A DNA stretch of 10,231 bases, from the NCBI RefSeq assembly GCF_900167395.1, contig NZ_FUWK01000060.1:1-10231 (forward strand). Reading direction: 5' to 3'. Positions 7,555 to 10,231 of the stretch are shown piece by piece. The stretch is from Nitrosomonas europaea (GTDB lineage: Bacteria > Pseudomonadota > Gammaproteobacteria > Burkholderiales > Nitrosomonadaceae). Position 1 is the first letter of the stretch; each line of letters starts with the position of its first letter. A program made the position numbers and the translations under genes. The notes under the pieces are model-generated. The model had not been told where the DNA came from. It was given only the letters and a program-made list of their open reading frames with translations, and made no database searches.

Positions 7555-7959
7555 TCAAGCAAAGGGATTTTGAATTAGAAGCCGATCATCAATTATTTGG
7601 CTGTTCTGCATATCTTCTGAATAAAGGATCGTGCAATCAGCCGATAATGCTGCGGCGATGATCAATGCATCATATATCGAAAATCCATAGTGTTCCGCTA
7701 TCCGGAGCCCTTGATCATGTACTTCGACAGTAACCGGCACTACGGAACATATCATGCGTATGTGTGAAAGAAATTCCTGGATTTCAGCAAAGGACATGTT
7801 CAGTTTCCTCCGGGCCACACTTGCGAATTCATTGAGCACCTGAACACTGATAAAGCCGCCAGCTGCAATAGTGTTTTCCGCCCGAACAGATTTTGTTTCA
7901 TCTTCGGATAAAAGATACAGCAGGATATTCGTATCCAGAAAAGCACTATGATCTTTCAT
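7555..7959 (-). CDS. vapC: PIN-domain ribonuclease toxin (VapC-type).
   Basis: The sequence MKDHSAFLDTNILLYLL...QVLNEFASV...IYDALIIAAAL...LYSEDMQ carries the four acidic PIN residues in the usual order and spacing. The ATG at 7959 overlaps the vapB stop by 14 nt. The longer GTG start at 8004 would overlap vapB by 59 nt and is disfavoured. Confidence 0.85.
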   Translation of the reverse strand: MKDHSAFLDTNILLYLLSEDETKSVRAENTIAAGGFISVQVLNEFASVARRKLNMSFAEIQEFLSHIRMICSVVPVTVEVHDQGLRIAEHYGFSIYDALIIAAALSADCTILYSEDMQNSQIIDDRLLIQNPFA

Positions 7960-8179
7960 GCGCTTCAAGGCGATCAAATTTGAAGTCTTTCGGTAATCGC
8001 CCACGGTATTTTCTCAGTCGTTCAAGGATTTCACGGGCTTCCGGTGTTTTCATGATTTCAATGTCACGGGCACCTGCCACGTGAATTTCAATAGAATCAC
8101 CTTCCTTGAGATCAAGTATTTCAACAACTGATGCGGGTAATCTGACTGCCAGACTGTTGCCCCATTTTGAAACCTGCAT
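7946..8179 (-). CDS. vapB: AbrB/MazE/SpoVT-fold antitoxin (VapB-type).
   Basis: This is a 77-aa ORF. MQVSKWGNSLAVRLPASVVEILDLKEGDSIEI is the classic SpoVT/AbrB swapped-hairpin N-terminus. GGGAGA lies 8 nt upstream of the ATG at 8179, and the gene sits immediately upstream of the PIN gene and overlaps it. Confidence 0.86.
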   Translation of the reverse strand: MQVSKWGNSLAVRLPASVVEILDLKEGDSIEIHVAGARDIEIMKTPEAREILERLRKYRGRLPKDFKFDRLEAHERS

Positions 8180-8199
8180 TAAATAATCTCCCTTAAAAG

Positions 8200-8222
8200 A
8201 TATACAGTCTTCTAGTGTATAT
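8200..8222 (-). promoter_or_regulatory. Candidate VapB operator palindrome in the vapBC promoter region.
   Basis: ATATACA (8200-8206), a 9-nt spacer, then TGTATAT (8216-8222), with perfect 7-bp arms 21-43 nt upstream of the vapB ATG. On the minus strand, weak -35/-10-like hexamers (TTGAGG, 17 nt, TACACT) overlap it. This is a motif-only prediction. Confidence 0.35.
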
Positions 8223-8390
8223 TTTTATATTATTATCCTCAAGCATCGCCGATGGGTTTGCAGAGCCGTAGAATCATCAGGACATAGGGTTGCTTAAATG
8301 AGAGGCATTATTGGCCATCACCACTCAGCGTGCCGAATGACTGGTGCAACGATTCTCTGCACACACTGATCCTGAGCCGTTCACCGCCTC

Positions 8391-8741
8391 GTGGATCGGG
8401 TCAAACTACTGACGATGTTGCGTGACCGAATATCGCGGGAACTGGTCAGTATTGAAACTAAAAAGCAGGGATTCATTGCATTCACCCCAACCTACCAGGC
8501 TGACCTGGGATTCAACCCGGAGCAATCAGCTATCTATACCCTGCGAGCAGAATTGATGAGCAATTTGCGCAAAACAATCCGGGAACGTAAATGGACTCAG
8601 GAAGAAGCTGCCAAAGTGCTTAACATTGGACAATCCCGCGTATCCGATCTGATGCGTGGCAAATGGGAAAAATTCAGCCTGGATATGCTCATCACTCTGG
8701 CGATCCGGGTCGGCAAACGGATTGGGATTACTGTTGTATAG
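8391..8741 (+). CDS. Second HigA-like XRE HTH reading frame: a duplicated 3' portion fused to unrelated 5' sequence (chimera, possibly not expressed).
   Basis: From DLGFNPEQSAIY onward the protein is identical to 7246-7524. The first 36 codons (GTG 8391, or ATG 8415) are unrelated (…RISRELVSIETKKQGFIAFTPTYQA). There is no Shine-Dalgarno sequence before either start and no adjacent toxin gene. Confidence 0.45.
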   Translation: MDRVKLLTMLRDRISRELVSIETKKQGFIAFTPTYQADLGFNPEQSAIYTLRAELMSNLRKTIRERKWTQEEAAKVLNIGQSRVSDLMRGKWEKFSLDMLITLAIRVGKRIGITVV

Positions 8742-8768
8742 GGAATTAGTACACAAGCTAAAAACAAA
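8500..8768. repeat. Direct repeat copy 2 (269 bp).
   Basis: See copy 1. I count 268 of 269 identical by eye, supported by the identical + strand translations and a single R/C difference in the antisense ORF translations. Confidence 0.95.
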
Positions 8769-8841
8769 GTATAAAAAGATCGCCGGGAAAGGCGAAAACC
8801 AAAAGGATAAAACGCTGCCATGGCACCTGGAAACCGACCAG

Positions 8842-8870
8842 TTGACTAACCGGCATCCAAACCATAAAGT
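8842..8870 (+). promoter_or_regulatory. Candidate sigma70 promoter for the AbrB-type antitoxin / PIN toxin operon.
   Basis: TTGACT (8842-8847), a 17-nt spacer, then TAAAGT (8865-8870), lying 32 nt upstream of the antitoxin ATG. This is a motif-only prediction. Confidence 0.3.
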
Positions 8871-8901
8871 AAGGATTCCTTACATTGACGAGGTGTTCGA
8901 T

Positions 8902-9144
8902 ATGCTTGCAAAAATGACAGCAAAAAATCAGTTGACCCTGCCCAAGAGCGTAACAACAGCTGTTGGTGCCGGTGAGTATTTTGAAATAGAGGTACGTAAC
9001 GGACAAATAGTACTGACGCCGGTACGCATTCAGCGAGCCGATGCAGTGCGCGCCAAGCTGGCAGAGTTGGATCTGGGTGAACGAGATATTATGGATGCTG
9101 TTACCTGGGCGCGCCAACCGGTAAAAGGATCGGCAACTGAATGA
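8902..9144 (+). CDS. AbrB/MazE/SpoVT-family antitoxin.
   Basis: GAGG (8890-8893) lies 8 nt before the ATG at 8902. The sequence MLAKMTAKNQLTLPKSVTTAVGAGEYFEIEVRNGQIVLTPV matches the SpoVT/AbrB DNA-binding fold pattern. The 162-aa ORF in the track is an upstream extension that runs through the repeat and is not credible. Confidence 0.8.
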   Translation: MLAKMTAKNQLTLPKSVTTAVGAGEYFEIEVRNGQIVLTPVRIQRADAVRAKLAELDLGERDIMDAVTWARQPVKGSATE

Positions 9145-9145
9145 A

Positions 9146-9379
9146 CCTAAAAACCGCAGTTGATCGCTGATCAGCCCCTGGAAACCCTGATGGGTAGTGA
9201 GCTTGCTGCTTTCACTCATGCCAACCCGACGGGTGAGGCCGCTACGTACCCGATTACACGCCTGGCACGCTGTCTGGCTGCGTTGCTCCTCGTTGCAGGG
9301 AATAACCATGCGCCTCGTCGCGCCTTGCCAGGCAGTGCGCCAGACGCACACTCGGATACGTCCAACCGCGGTTTTTAGG
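9146..9379. mobile_element. MITE-like non-autonomous element (234 bp) inserted between the antitoxin and toxin genes.
   Basis: The terminal inverted repeats are CCTAAAAACCGCAGTTG (9146-9162) and CAACCGCGGTTTTTAGG (9363-9379), 16 of 17 complementary. A direct ATGAA duplication flanks them (9141-9145 and 9380-9384). Precise in-silico excision recreates an ATGA stop/start overlap. The element has no credible ORF, and an internal imperfect inverted repeat lies at 9261-9278 / 9327-9344 (14 of 18). Confidence 0.72.
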
Positions 9380-9817
9380 ATGAAAATGAGCAAAGCCGTC
9401 AGCCGGGTGGTATTGGATACAAATCTGGTGTTGTCGGCGCTGGTATTCCAGAGTAGCCGCCTCACACCCTTACGAAATTTATGGCAAACGGGACGAATCC
9501 ATCCTTTGATCTCTCGGGAAACTGCTGCAGAGTTGATTCGTGCTCTGACTTACCCCAAGTTCAAGCTCACTGCGAGCGAACAGGAAGAATTACTGGCAGA
9601 TTATCTGCCTTATTGTTTAACGGCTATCATTCCCAACCCTCCTCCCGTAACACCACCCTGCCGTGATCAGGCGGATATACCGTTTCTGCAATTGGCCTTG
9701 GCTGGCAAAGCAGATGTACTGGTCACTGGAGATAAGGATTTGCTGGTGCTGGCAGGAATGTTCGATTGCCGGATCCTGGCCGCTGACGTTTTTTTAACTG
9801 AGTTTGCAGGTTGTTGA
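9380..9817 (+). CDS. PIN-domain toxin of the PIN_3 / TIGR00305-like type.
   Basis: The sequence MKMSKAVSRVVLDTNLVLSALVF...ISRETAAELIRALTYPKF...CRDQADIPFLQLALAGKADVLVTGDKDLL matches the PIN_3 pattern (VLDTN, E, D-x-x-FL-x-LA, LVTGDKDL). The ATG at 9380 is the ancestral start inferred from the duplicated ATGAA. The second ATG at 9386 has AGGA 5 nt upstream and may be the start used now. The 206-aa track ORF extends back through the inserted element and is rejected. Confidence 0.82.
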   Translation: MKMSKAVSRVVLDTNLVLSALVFQSSRLTPLRNLWQTGRIHPLISRETAAELIRALTYPKFKLTASEQEELLADYLPYCLTAIIPNPPPVTPPCRDQADIPFLQLALAGKADVLVTGDKDLLVLAGMFDCRILAADVFLTEFAGC

Positions 9818-9957
9818 AAATATACTCTCCCCTCTCACGCCAGCGGAAGAGGGAAGCAGAACAAAGCAGAAACAAGATTGAAATAACCTCCTTTCTTATT
9901 TTGACTCACAGGGGAATCCCCACGATTCCAACTAGAAGAAAAACGATCTAGGATTAG

Positions 9958-9983
9958 ATAACAAAAGGCCCGCAGGAGCGGGC
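9958..9983 (-). terminator. Rho-independent terminator oriented for minus-strand transcription, possibly weakly bidirectional.
   Basis: GCCCGC (9968-9973), loop AGGA, then GCGGGC (9978-9983). On the minus strand the hairpin is followed by CTTTTGTTAT. On the plus strand it is followed only by TGGCGTTTG. Confidence 0.5.
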
Positions 9984-10032
9984 TGGCGTTTGAAGTAGGA
10001 AGGGTTACAACTGCGGCCTATGGAAATTTATT

Positions 10033-10231
10033 TGTAGTAGTTGAGATCTGATCTGACAGTTACCCGATTTGACGAGTGCCTGTTAGATCAGATTCAGTTA
10101 TTCAATTCGGTAATTTTATCGTCCCATATCTCCTTTGCGTCAATTAAAGTTTGCATCGGGGTGCGTCCACAGCACATTTTTCCCTGGTGAGTCCGCACAC
10201 TGTTGTAGTACGCCATCCAATCATCCAGATC
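10033..10231 (-). mobile_element. Insertion sequence copy B, right-hand end only, inverted relative to copy A.
   Basis: It is the reverse complement of 137-335, with no mismatch found by eye. It begins TGTAGTAGTTGAGATC at 10033. Confidence 0.9.
10094..10231 (-). CDS. DDE (rve) transposase, C-terminal fragment of copy B. The 5' end is outside the window.
   Basis: It is the mirror of 137-274. The stop codon TGA is the reverse complement of 10094-10096, and the frame is open to the window edge. Confidence 0.88.
   Translation of the reverse strand, partial: DLDDWMAYYNSVRTHQGKMCCGRTPMQTLIDAKEIWDDKITELNN

Noticed and set aside
8656-8901. An upstream extension that makes the AbrB-type antitoxin 162 aa.
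   Set aside because: It reads out of frame through the higA repeat and its downstream spacer. The AbrB-fold homology and a properly spaced GAGG SD begin at ATG 8902.
9160-9378. A 72-aa ORF (TTG start, internal ATG at 9190) that ends 1 nt before the PIN toxin ATG, which would make it a possible cognate antitoxin.
   Set aside because: It lies entirely inside the TIR-bounded inserted element, and its stop is inside the right TIR. The Ala/Leu/Pro/Arg-rich sequence matches no antitoxin fold I recognise. The in-silico excision product gives a perfect ATGA junction with the upstream AbrB-type antitoxin instead.
9197-9379. An N-terminal extension that makes the PIN toxin 206 aa.
   Set aside because: The extension is encoded by the inserted element and is Arg-rich and motif-free. 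PIN_3 homology begins at VVLDTN, a few codons after the ATGs at 9380 and 9386.
8758-9465. A 235-aa minus-strand ORF spanning the AbrB antitoxin gene and the inserted element.
   Set aside because: It is antisense to a well-supported CDS and runs straight through the MITE-like element and both TIRs. It has no recognisable motif and an Arg/Cys-rich composition typical of an out-of-frame shadow.
6914-9817. The TA patch as an integron-like cassette array (TA cassettes separated by attC sites).
   Set aside because: I could find no attC-like imperfect palindromes with RYYYAAC/GTTRRRY cores at the module boundaries. There is no integrase gene in the window, and the repeated sequence is coding DNA (higA), not an attC.
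9723-9875. A 50-codon minus-strand ORF (TTG start) downstream of the strong AAAGGAGGT SD, as a possible small toxic peptide.
   Set aside because: The SD-to-start spacing is 11 nt with a weak TTG. The ORF is antisense to the 3' end of the PIN gene and has no convincing transmembrane segment or known motif.
10008-10016. CAACTGCGG next to the right IS, which matches the 9-nt core of the MITE-like element's TIR and could be a solo TIR.
   Set aside because: Only 9 nt match and the adjacent bases diverge from the TIR. A single 9-mer coincidence in about 20 kb of two-strand sequence is not improbable.
1-10231. CRISPR arrays, tRNA, rRNA or other structured RNA genes.
   Set aside because: I saw no short regularly spaced repeats, no cloverleaf-compatible segments and no rRNA-like conserved blocks on either strand.

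Overview
The window is bracketed by two inverted partial copies of one DDE (rve-type, probably IS481-family) insertion sequence, at 1-335 and 10033-10231. I found no mismatch between them by eye over the 199 bp available. Both transposase 3' ends point inward, so the 9.7 kb between them has a composite-transposon-like or invertible-segment layout. The interior has two parts. (1) A minus-strand glycopolymer operon. It encodes a 1217-aa multidomain protein (coiled-coil/helical N-terminus, two tandem sequence motifs, a GT2 domain and a TagF-type polyol-phosphate transferase domain). It also encodes a 493-aa GT2 protein and a GT-B glycosyltransferase whose 3' end is cut off by the left IS, with the stop codon inside the IS terminus. 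(2) A dense toxin-antitoxin patch. It contains a decayed HigB/Gp49-like toxin with an intact XRE antitoxin, and a minus-strand vapBC module sitting between two 269-bp near-identical direct repeats of the antitoxin gene. It also contains an AbrB/MazE-type antitoxin and PIN_3-type toxin pair split by a 234-bp MITE-like element. That element has 17-bp terminal inverted repeats and a 5-bp ATGAA target duplication, and it sits in what was an ATGA stop/start overlap. I saw no rRNA, tRNA or CRISPR. All family assignments rest on motifs read by eye and remembered family consensus, not on database searches. The host taxon cannot be assigned from this window.
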